Shown here: piece after piece, positions 46,010-54,013 of the stretch
Position numbering within the stretch: position 1 is the first letter of the stretch
Layout of the letters: every line of letters starts with the position of its first letter
From: a bacterium
Lineage (GTDB): Bacteria > Bacteroidota > Bacteroidia > Bacteroidales > UBA3663
DNA: 64,000 nt
Reading direction: 5' to 3'
Assembly: GCA_963631395.1 (NCBI GenBank)
Contig: CAVGQN010000001.1
Span: 1,368 to 65,367 of the forward strand
Notes under the pieces: generated by a model
Told to the model about the DNA's origin: nothing
Database searches by the model: none
Seen by the model: only the letters and a program-made list of their open reading frames with translations
Position numbers and translations under genes: made by a program

Positions 46010-48877
46010 TCAGAGTTTTAGTTTCAGTGTCATACCGTAGTAGAAAGACGGAATCTTGCCGCTCTCGTAGAGTGAGGTATTCCGGTCAGTCGCCGACGAG
46101 TGGTACAGAGAAGTATTGTTCCAGAAGTTGGTGGCATAGAACGACACGGAGACGTGCTTGCCGATTTCTTTGGTGACGTTGAGGTTGGTCGAGAAATAGG
46201 GCGAAATCCGGTCTTTCGTGAAGAAATAGCCGGTGGAGCTGATTCGTATCAGCTTTGCCAGGTCGTTATAGAGATTTACGTCCGTCTCCTTGAGTGCCGT
46301 GAGTTCGTCGGCCGAAGGATAGCGGACCAGTTCGTCGGGATTGGCCCAGGTCGAGTAGTACTCCGGAAGGACGGCCGAATAGTAACCCATATAGCCGTCA
46401 ATCCGTCGGTCGTTGGTGCGCTGCGATACTTCGAGGAACGTACACTCGAAGCGCAGGGAGACAATCAGACTGATGACGGGGATGTGCGTGGTAGCCGTGA
46501 CGTTGGTGTTGAGCGTGGTTTTGTAGCTACCGGTGGCTACGTTGTTGCCCGTATAGTATCCGACATATCCGTAGGGTTGGCCGTCCGACTGTTTTTGAGT
46601 CAATGTCGTATAGGCCATGAGGGTGCGTTCGTTGCCACGATAGTGATAGAGGTCGCCGTCCACGCGGATTTGGGTGTTGAGGGCGCGGATTTTGGCGAAG
46701 TCGATGACCCACTCCAGGCCCTTGCGCGTGACCGTCGAACCGTTAATCCACTTTGTGTTGGACGTCAGGCGGTGTACCGTCTCGCTGGGGAGAACGGACT
46801 GCTGCGTAGGGTTGGAGAGGCTAGTGGCCGTCACATTGCCCGTTTGTCCGTCGATGGTGTAGGTGTATTGGTCGGCATTGGCCAGCGGGGCAGTGTATTC
46901 GTAGCTGAATGGCGTGTAGACAGTCGAAGACACATACGGGTTGTGTGTCGCATTGCGGAAACAGGTCACGCTGATGCGTGTACCTTTGATGAGGACTTCG
47001 ACTCCCAATTCGTGCTGTATGCTGTACTGCCACTTGAGGTCCCGATTGTAGAGTGCCCGTGTCGGATTGGTGTAGTAGGCATAGACGGCCTGTCCGAGGG
47101 CATCGGTGCCCGACGCGAATGTCTGCCAGTCGGCATAGGTAGTGGTCGGATAGAGCACCTGCATGGACGGTAGTTTGACGGCCTTGCCGAAGCCTGCGGT
47201 CAGAATCAGACTTTCGAGTGTGCGTTTCTTGTTGCCGAAGACATTCCACCGCACGGTGCCGCGGGGAGAGAGGCTGCTTGCCGTCCCGTATTCCGATTTG
47301 GCGATATGCGTGAGGTCTTCGCGCAGGCCGAGCACGACCTGCAGGTTGCCACCGTTGTGGAACGGCATCCGCATACGGTCCTCCACATACAGTCCGATGT
47401 TGTGCATGTAGGGCAGTGTGTCGTATCGGGCCTCGCGCCAGTTCTCCGTGGCGAGGGTCAGGTCCTCGTAGTGAAGGCCCTTGCCGTTGTTGCCCGACAG
47501 GGTGTAGTCGACGCCTGCCTTCACGTAGTTGGACATGAAGGTCCAGTCCTGTGACCATTTGGCCTTGAGGTGGAATCCGGCATCAATGGGTTTGCTGTCG
47601 GTGATGGCGAGGTTGTACCAATAGCCCGTCGGACCCATGATAATCGTGTTGCCGTCTGCGATGTGGTAGCCTTGTTCGGTCGTGTGGACGTATGGCTGGG
47701 AGGAGGCGCTGTTGCAGTTTGTGTTGACCTTCTGCCGCTTGTCCTGCATACTTACGTCAGCACGCAGTTCGATTTCTGACAGCCAGGCGCGGTCGGGTTG
47801 CCAGTCCATACGGATTTGGCCGCGGAGGGCATAGTCCCTTTTCTTGGTGTAGGTGTCGCTGAAGGCATCCGGGTCGGCCTTGCTGTTCTGTCCGCCCACG
47901 TTGCCCTTGAGGTCCACGCACAACAGGAGGGGTGAGCCTTGCTCCTGTGCCAACTGACGGGAGTAACGCAGTGTCAATCCGTTGCGTGTATAGCTCGTAT
48001 AGGGCGAGGAGATGTCCTTGTAGCTGCGTGCCCACTCGTAGTTGGCATTCAGAATACCGTTCTGGCTGTTGCGGCCCAGGTCAAAGCCCTTGCCGATAGA
48101 GACGAGTTTGGTGTGCGGTTTGACCGTAGCGTCGACTGACAGAGGCGTCTTGCCACGGCGGGTTCTTACCTTGACGATACCGTTGGAGAGGTCGCCGTGT
48201 TCCACGCTGGCGATGCCGGTGACAATCTCGATGCTCTCGATGTCGCTGGTGGAGAGCGTGCGGGTCGAAGCGCCGTTCGTCTCGCTCATCTCGGCGTTGT
48301 TGCCGATGCGCATGCCGTCGACCTCGATGGCCGACCCGAAAGCCGGATTGCCCTTCTCCGTGTTGCTCTCGCTGCGTAGGGCAAGACGTTCGTCATTCAT
48401 CAAGCTGAGGTCGCCCTGGCTCTTGCCGCCCGGCAGCAGTGCCATCACATCGCTGACGTTGACAATCTGGTTGTGGTCCATGGCCGTCCGGTCGATGTGG
48501 TAGTCTGTTGAAGCCTCCAGTTCCGCCCTTTCGGCCGAGACCGTGACTTCCTCCAGTTTGAGACTCGCCTTCTTGAGCTGGACTACGATGCCCGTCGTGT
48601 CCTTGCGCAAATCGAGGACGAGCTGTTGGGACGCATAGCCGAAATAGCGGATTTCGAGCGAGACCTTTCCACCGGGGAGACGACCCAGTGAGAAAGCTCC
48701 GTCGGTGTCGACCGTCGTTCCTTGACGGGACTCCAGGTGAAGGACAGTGGCAAAGTCAAGTGGCTCGCCAGTGTCGGCATCCACCACTCTGCCAGAAACG
48801 AGGTATGGCTGCGCAGACAATATTATTGCCTGTGCAGCCATCCATATTGATATGCAGAGTAGCAGTGCTCTCTTCAT
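46010..48877 (-). CDS. TonB-dependent receptor (CarboxypepD_reg + plug + 22-strand barrel type)
   Basis: 955 aa with a signal peptide. The N-terminus is VSGRVVDADTGEPLDFATV...DGAFSLGRLPGGKVSLEIRYFGY. The plug includes IEIVTGIASVEHGDLSNGIVKVRTRRG. The C-terminus is ...YYGMTLKLKL. Confidence 0.85.
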   Translation of the reverse strand: MKRALLLCISIWMAAQAIILSAQPYLVSGRVVDADTGEPLDFATVLHLESRQGTTVDTDGAFSLGRLPGGKVSLEIRYFGYASQQLVLDLRKDTTGIVVQLKKASLKLEEVTVSAERAELEASTDYHIDRTAMDHNQIVNVSDVMALLPGGKSQGDLSLMNDERLALRSESNTEKGNPAFGSAIEVDGMRIGNNAEMSETNGASTRTLSTSDIESIEIVTGIASVEHGDLSNGIVKVRTRRGKTPLSVDATVKPHTKLVSIGKGFDLGRNSQNGILNANYEWARSYKDISSPYTSYTRNGLTLRYSRQLAQEQGSPLLLCVDLKGNVGGQNSKADPDAFSDTYTKKRDYALRGQIRMDWQPDRAWLSEIELRADVSMQDKRQKVNTNCNSASSQPYVHTTEQGYHIADGNTIIMGPTGYWYNLAITDSKPIDAGFHLKAKWSQDWTFMSNYVKAGVDYTLSGNNGKGLHYEDLTLATENWREARYDTLPYMHNIGLYVEDRMRMPFHNGGNLQVVLGLREDLTHIAKSEYGTASSLSPRGTVRWNVFGNKKRTLESLILTAGFGKAVKLPSMQVLYPTTTYADWQTFASGTDALGQAVYAYYTNPTRALYNRDLKWQYSIQHELGVEVLIKGTRISVTCFRNATHNPYVSSTVYTPFSYEYTAPLANADQYTYTIDGQTGNVTATSLSNPTQQSVLPSETVHRLTSNTKWINGSTVTRKGLEWVIDFAKIRALNTQIRVDGDLYHYRGNERTLMAYTTLTQKQSDGQPYGYVGYYTGNNVATGSYKTTLNTNVTATTHIPVISLIVSLRFECTFLEVSQRTNDRRIDGYMGYYSAVLPEYYSTWANPDELVRYPSADELTALKETDVNLYNDLAKLIRISSTGYFFTKDRISPYFSTNLNVTKEIGKHVSVSFYATNFWNNTSLYHSSATDRNTSLYESGKIPSFYYGMTLKLKL

Positions 48878-48901
48878 AGTAGTGTGACGTCTATTGTAGT
48901 T

Positions 48902-50668
48902 TTACTTTCTCCAAATGATACGGCCGTTCAGAATCTGCAGTCCTGTGCCATTGTTGTGGCGTCCGTAGAGGTCATAGACTGTAGCATTGGCACTTTGGGC
49001 AGCCTCGATGTCCTGGATGCCGGAGGCGTCAGAGTCAAGGGCATAACTGGTGAGACCCTTGCCGATTGTGCAGTTGTCGTTGATAACGACAGTCGTCTTG
49101 AGTGTCTCGTCCTTAGTGTCATTTTCAGTCTGCATACCGCGGAGGTTGCCGGTGGTAGCGGCATCGGAACTTGAAATCTCGGCGTAGTTGGCACAGGCAT
49201 CAAGAGTGACAGTGCAGTTGCGGTTTCCTGGAGCAGCTCCAAAAATGCCGGCCACATACGATGTGCCCGATACAATGCCGTTGTTCGTACAGTTGCTGAT
49301 CAAGATGTCCTTTTGGTCGCCTTTCATCGCATAAGCGAGGATGCCGCTCGTATATTTGGCTCCAGTAATGGTTCCGTTGTTGGTACAATTGGAAATCTTG
49401 AGGTCATAGTTGCCATTGGCGATGATGCCGGCTGTGTACTGCTTACTGCCGGTTACGGTTCCGTTGTTCTTACAGTCGCGTATCTCTCCGCTGTAACTGC
49501 CTACAATACCTGAAGTGCCGGTGCCGAGTTTGGTCGAGACACTGCCGAAATTGTAGCAACCGTCGATGAGGTATTCGCTGGTTACAGTTTTGATTGTCTG
49601 TGTCATACCCACGATGCCGGCGGCATAGGTCTGGGCATATATACTGCCGTAGTTTTGGCAGTCTTTGACGGTGCCCTTGGCTCCATACAGGTAGCCGCAA
49701 ATGCCTCCTGCTGCAACGCCGGTGTCGGTGATGTCGGCATAATTTATGCAATTTTCGATGGTGCCATGACACACACTGGAAATGGCGCCTGCGTACCAGT
49801 AGCTGTTGATGTAGTTAGATGCACCCATAACCACATTGCGTACGATGCCCTTGTCTGTAATGGCAGCGAAGAGGCCATTGAACATGCCGGCAGTGTCCTT
49901 TTCGCAGTTGTTGTGGTAGATGCCTGTGACTGAGTGGCTTTGACCGTCAAATGTGCCGCTGAATCCGTAGGTGACAGTGTTGAGGTTTACGATGCCAAAC
50001 TTGCCGATAGCGGGGAGTGGTACGGGATTGGCTTCAGAACCGCCGAAGTCAATGTCGTTCATCATCACGAAATATTCGCCCGCGCCCATGTTTGTTTCGC
50101 TGATATTCTTGGCCATGGCCCGGAAGTCGGCGGCGTCATAGATTTTGTAGGGATTGGCTTCCGAGCCTGCACCTGCCAGTTGCCAGGAGTTCTGCGGTGT
50201 GTGGTAGCCGTCCATTTTGTAGGTGACTGACACAGGCATACTGCCGTAGGAGAACGTAGCGCTCAGTTGCATGCCTCCTTTGTTGGCGTCGTACGAGACG
50301 GTTATGGTGCCGGACACGTCTTTAGTCTGTCCATCAGTGCCTGTGGCTTTGGTCGTGAACTTCTGGTCAGTACAAGTGATGGTCTTGGCAGTCATGTCCA
50401 TCGAGCAACTGATGCTGTCGATGACAAACGAAGGGAGGGTCATGTTTGAGGCTGCATAGTACAGCGAGGGTAGCTTAGCCTTAACATAATAGGTTGCGGC
50501 ATTGAAGCCAAACAAGTCAAACACCACGGTGTCTTTAAGTGCGGTGGTCGTAGTCTGGTCCTCCATCCCGGGGACGAAGAACGTGCTGGTTCCGACGAAG
50601 TTAGATTCCTCAGCGGTAGCGGATATCGCAGCAGATGCCGCAAACAATAGCGTAAAAATTTTCTTCAT
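48902..50668 (-). CDS. T9SS-secreted GLUG-like repeat (beta-helix) surface protein; first gene of the operon
   Basis: 588 aa with a signal peptide. There are at least six repeats of C-x-N-x-G-x-[IV]-x(5-9)-[AG]-G-I-x-[GA], for example CQNYGSIYAQTYAAGIVG, CKNNGTVTGSKQYTAGIIA, CTNNGTITGAKYTSGILA and CTNNGIVSGTSYVAGIFG. The C-terminus ATVYDLYGRHNNGTGLQILNGRIIWRK is a T9SS CTD. Confidence 0.7.
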   Translation of the reverse strand: MKKIFTLLFAASAAISATAEESNFVGTSTFFVPGMEDQTTTTALKDTVVFDLFGFNAATYYVKAKLPSLYYAASNMTLPSFVIDSISCSMDMTAKTITCTDQKFTTKATGTDGQTKDVSGTITVSYDANKGGMQLSATFSYGSMPVSVTYKMDGYHTPQNSWQLAGAGSEANPYKIYDAADFRAMAKNISETNMGAGEYFVMMNDIDFGGSEANPVPLPAIGKFGIVNLNTVTYGFSGTFDGQSHSVTGIYHNNCEKDTAGMFNGLFAAITDKGIVRNVVMGASNYINSYWYAGAISSVCHGTIENCINYADITDTGVAAGGICGYLYGAKGTVKDCQNYGSIYAQTYAAGIVGMTQTIKTVTSEYLIDGCYNFGSVSTKLGTGTSGIVGSYSGEIRDCKNNGTVTGSKQYTAGIIANGNYDLKISNCTNNGTITGAKYTSGILAYAMKGDQKDILISNCTNNGIVSGTSYVAGIFGAAPGNRNCTVTLDACANYAEISSSDAATTGNLRGMQTENDTKDETLKTTVVINDNCTIGKGLTSYALDSDASGIQDIEAAQSANATVYDLYGRHNNGTGLQILNGRIIWRK

Positions 50669-50739
50669 TTGATTTGTATTTAGAGTTTATGTTTTGACTA
50701 CGCGAACACCGGTCAACAGGAGACCCGATTTTCAAAGCG

Positions 50740-50747
50740 CAAAGATA
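50740..50747 (-). promoter_or_regulatory. -7 box TATCTTTG (minus strand) for the eight-gene operon
   Basis: Plus-strand caaagata lies 72 nt upstream of the start at 50668. I found no other exact TAnnTTTG box between here and 39678. Confidence 0.45.
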
Positions 50748-50900
50748 CGGACTATAATTTGGCCGTGAAATACCTACATCTTGGTATATTTCTTTGCTAC
50801 TTGTTATATTGTTCGCGCGCACGTGTGAGACAAGTGCACACACGGCCTACTCTCATATACTTAGGTTGCGGCTTGGGGACAAAGCCCCAAGTCGAACCGG

Positions 50901-52040
50901 TCAGCGGTTGGCGTACATCGACTCGTAGTACTTTTCGTACTCGCCCGAAGTGATGTTGTCCATCCAGGCCTGGTTCTCCAGATACCACTTGACCGTTTTC
51001 TCGATGCCTTCCTCAAACTGCAGCGAAGGTTCCCAACCCAGTTCGCGCTGGAGTTTGGTCGAGTCGATGGCGTAGCGTGCATCGTGGCCCAAGCGGTCGG
51101 TGACGTATGTGATAAGGTCGAGGTCCTCGCCCTCCTTGCGTCCGAGCAGACGGTCGACGGTCTTGATGACCACCTTGATGATGTCGATGTTCTTCCACTC
51201 GTTGAAGCCGCCGATGTTGTAGGTCTCGGCCACAGTGCCCTTGTGGAAGATGAGGTCGATGGCGCGGGCATGGTCTTCAACAAAGAGCCAGTCGCGCACG
51301 TTCTCGCCCTTGCCGTACACCGGCAACGGTTTGCGGTGACGGATGTTGTTGATGAAAAGGGGAATCAACTTCTCGGGGAACTGGTACGGACCATAGTTGT
51401 TCGAGCAGTTGGTTACGATGGTCGGCATCCCGTAGGTGTCGTGGAAGGCACGGACGAAGTGGTCTGAGCTGGCCTTGGAAGCAGAGTACGGTGAGTGCGG
51501 ATTGTACTTGGTGGTCTCGTAGAAGAAATCCGAGCCGTAGGCCAAATGATGCTCGGCGCTCGATGCCGTGGTAGAGAACGGAGGCTTGATGCCTTCCGGC
51601 TTGTCCATCTTGAGGGCGCCGTACACCTCGTCGGTCGAGATGTGGTAGAAGCGCTTGCCCTCGTACTTCTCGGGCAGAGACTCCCAGTAGAGCTTGGCGG
51701 CCTGGAGCAGAGACAGCGTACCCATCACGTTGGTGCGGGCGAAGGTGAAGGGGTCCTTGATACTGCGGTCCACGTGACTTTCTGCGGCCAGGTGGATGAT
51801 GCCGTCGATGTGCTCGTCCTGCATGAGCTGATAGAACGCGTCAAAGTCGCAGATGTCCATCTTGACAAACTTGTAGTTGGGTTTGTCTTCGACATCTTTG
51901 AGGTTGGCCAGATTGCCGGCATAGGTCAACTTGTCCAGATTGATGATGTTGTAGTCCGGATATTTGTTGACGAAGAGACGTACGACATGAGAGCCAATAA
52001 AGCCGGCGCCGCCGGTGATTACAATATTGCGTTTTGCCAT
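50901..52040 (-). CDS. rfbB: dTDP-glucose 4,6-dehydratase
   Basis: 379 aa. The Rossmann motif is TGGAGFIGSH and the catalytic motif is YSASKASSDH. It is colinear with RmlB. Confidence 0.9.
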   Translation of the reverse strand: MAKRNIVITGGAGFIGSHVVRLFVNKYPDYNIINLDKLTYAGNLANLKDVEDKPNYKFVKMDICDFDAFYQLMQDEHIDGIIHLAAESHVDRSIKDPFTFARTNVMGTLSLLQAAKLYWESLPEKYEGKRFYHISTDEVYGALKMDKPEGIKPPFSTTASSAEHHLAYGSDFFYETTKYNPHSPYSASKASSDHFVRAFHDTYGMPTIVTNCSNNYGPYQFPEKLIPLFINNIRHRKPLPVYGKGENVRDWLFVEDHARAIDLIFHKGTVAETYNIGGFNEWKNIDIIKVVIKTVDRLLGRKEGEDLDLITYVTDRLGHDARYAIDSTKLQRELGWEPSLQFEEGIEKTVKWYLENQAWMDNITSGEYEKYYESMYANR

Positions 52041-52071
52041 AGGGCTTGTTTATTACAGGTTGTTGATTATT

Positions 52072-52155
52072 TTATGGGTTGCACCTTATGATAGTTTATG
52101 GGTTGCACCTCATCATAGGGCGCGCGTCTTCTTATGGGAGGTACATCTTCCGGGA
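52072..52155. repeat. 24-bp direct repeats (two near-identical, one degenerate) in the rfbA-rfbB spacer
   Basis: The units are ttatgggttgcaccttatgatagt (52072-52095), ttatgggttgcacctcatcataggg (52096-52120) and ttatgggaggtacatcttccggga (52132-52155). The last abuts the rfbA stop codon. Confidence 0.75.
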
Positions 52156-53052
52156 TTACATTTCCTGGCCGCCACCGAACTCGTCGACAAGCTTCATCAG
52201 ATACTGTCCGTACTGGTTCTTGAGCATCGGTTTGGCGAGTTGGCGCATCTTGTCGTCGCCTATCCAACCCCGCTGGTAGGCGATGCCCTCCAGACAGGCT
52301 ATCTTCAGGCCCTGACGCTTCTCGATAACCTCGATGAAGGTTGAAGCCTCAGACAGCGAGTCGTGTGTGCCCGTGTCCAGCCAGGCGAAGCCGCGGCCGA
52401 GTGTCTGCACCAGCAGTTCTTTGTCATTGAGGAACCACTGGTTGACGGTCGTGATTTCCAGTTCGCCGCGTTGCGAGGGCTTGATGTTCTTGGCCACATG
52501 CACTACCTTGTTGGGGTAGAAATAGAGACCTACGACGGCATAGTTGCTCTTGGGACGGGCAGGTTTCTCTTCGATAGAGAGGCAGTTGCCCTCCTTGTCG
52601 AACTCGGCGACGCCATACCGCTCGGGGTCGTTGACCCAGTAACCGAATACTGTGGCCTTGCCTCCCTCCTCGGCATCCTTGACAGCCTTCTTGAGCATTC
52701 CGGTGAAGCCCACGCCATGGAAGATGTTGTCGCCCAAGACGAGGCAGACACTGTCGTTGCCTATAAACTTCTCGCCAATCAGGAAAGCTTGGGCCAGTCC
52801 GTCGGGTGAGGGCTGCTCGGCGTACTCGAAGTGAACCCCGTAGTCGGAGCCGTCGCCCAGCAGGCGCTTGAATCCGGGCAGGTCGTATGGAGTCGAGATA
52901 ATCAGTATGTCGCGGATGCCGGCCAACATAAGGACGGAAATCGGATAGTAGACCATCGGCTTGTCGTAGATGGGAATGAGCTGTTTGCTCACTCCTTTGG
53001 TGATGGGGTAAAGGCGCGTGCCGCTGCCGCCTGCCAGTACAATTCCTTTCAT
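52156..53052 (-). CDS. rfbA: Glucose-1-phosphate thymidylyltransferase
   Basis: 298 aa. [37 protein letters not shown] is the canonical RmlA N-terminus. Confidence 0.92.
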   Translation of the reverse strand: MKGIVLAGGSGTRLYPITKGVSKQLIPIYDKPMVYYPISVLMLAGIRDILIISTPYDLPGFKRLLGDGSDYGVHFEYAEQPSPDGLAQAFLIGEKFIGNDSVCLVLGDNIFHGVGFTGMLKKAVKDAEEGGKATVFGYWVNDPERYGVAEFDKEGNCLSIEEKPARPKSNYAVVGLYFYPNKVVHVAKNIKPSQRGELEITTVNQWFLNDKELLVQTLGRGFAWLDTGTHDSLSEASTFIEVIEKRQGLKIACLEGIAYQRGWIGDDKMRQLAKPMLKNQYGQYLMKLVDEFGGGQEM

Positions 53053-53138
53053 AGGTTTAGGGGTTGTTTGTTTTTTGTTGTTCTAGATTGCGGAGTGGAC
53101 TTCTGCTTTCTGCTTTGTCCGATTCCCTTATTTTGGCA

Positions 53139-53146
53139 CAAATGTA
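53139..53146 (-). promoter_or_regulatory. -7 box TACATTTG (minus strand) for rfbA-rfbB
   Basis: Plus-strand caaatgta lies 87 nt upstream of the start at 53052. Confidence 0.4.
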
Positions 53147-53241
53147 ACGAAAAAAACTGATATCTTGGCGAAAAAAGAGAAAAAAATAAACGATAAGTTC
53201 AATCTGTCGGGGTTAAATTTGCTTTTTTGCTTATTGTTCCT

Positions 53242-53249
53242 TACTTTTG
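53242..53249 (+). promoter_or_regulatory. -7 box TACTTTTG for the small OM barrel gene
   Basis: Exact TAnnTTTG match 51 nt upstream of the ATG at 53300. Confidence 0.45.
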
Positions 53250-53299
53250 CAGCACACAAAACTATATTTCTTTAACTAGGTTTTTTATTTTTTTCAGTT

Positions 53300-53944
53300 A
53301 TGAAACAAATTTTTCTTTCGGCCCTCTTGGCCGTTGCCGGGATTTTCTCGGTTTCTACTACTGCATCTGCACAAACAGTGATGGAGTCATTGCCTCCCTA
53401 TAAGTTCGGTTTCGTAGCAGGTCTCAATGCCTCTTCGTTCTCTGACAACCAATTCGACGGGAAGTTCGGTTTCCATGTCGGTGTGAATGCCTTGTTCGAT
53501 GCTTCCGAACTTCTGAAGAATACCTATCTGCGTACCGAACTCCTCGTGCAGCGTAAGGGTGCACGTTATGAGAATGGTGGCCTCGAGGTCAAGTACCGCA
53601 ATTTCTATCTTGAGCTTCCTATTCATTATGGTTATGCCCTTGCGCTCAACTCCGATTGGACGCTCTTCGGCGAGACAGGTCCGTATTTGGCTGTCGGTAT
53701 CGGAGGAAGAGTGCGCTCGGAATGGGATGGCGTCAAAGACAGCGAGAAGTTCTTTAGCTACAAAGATGCTAACGGCGATGACCCGAACAACTTCGACTTC
53801 GGTTGGGGTGTGCATGTAGGCGGTATGTTCCAGCAGAAGCACGAACTGAAGATCGGTTGGGACTGGGGCTTCATCGACATGAAGAAGAATGAAGTGTCGC
53901 AGAACCGCAACTTTATGGTCAGCTACTGCTACTATATCCGCTAA
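53300..53944 (+). CDS. Small outer-membrane beta-barrel (porin-family/OmpW-like) protein
   Basis: 214 aa. The signal peptide is MKQIFLSALLAVAGIFSVSTTASAQ. Alternating aromatic and Gly-rich strands are present (FGFVAGLN, FGFHVGVNALF, FDFGWGVHVGGMF). Confidence 0.6.
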   Translation: MKQIFLSALLAVAGIFSVSTTASAQTVMESLPPYKFGFVAGLNASSFSDNQFDGKFGFHVGVNALFDASELLKNTYLRTELLVQRKGARYENGGLEVKYRNFYLELPIHYGYALALNSDWTLFGETGPYLAVGIGGRVRSEWDGVKDSEKFFSYKDANGDDPNNFDFGWGVHVGGMFQQKHELKIGWDWGFIDMKKNEVSQNRNFMVSYCYYIR

Positions 53945-54013
53945 GTATTATCCGCTAAGCATAGCGTACAATAGGAAATTCGAACACATAAACCAATCCG
54001 TCCCCGCCCCATA

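Noticed and set aside
48902-50668. Calling the GLUG-repeat protein a NosD-like periplasmic maturation factor or an IgA protease.
   Set aside because: It has a signal peptide and a T9SS C-terminal sorting domain, so it is surface-attached or secreted rather than periplasmic. I saw no HExxH or other protease motif.
50872-50891. The hairpin cttgggg/ccccaag just downstream of the rfbB stop, considered as an intrinsic terminator.
   Set aside because: The stem is only 7 bp and no U-run follows on the minus strand. That is too weak to annotate. Transcription may instead be stopped by other means before the operon promoter at 50740.
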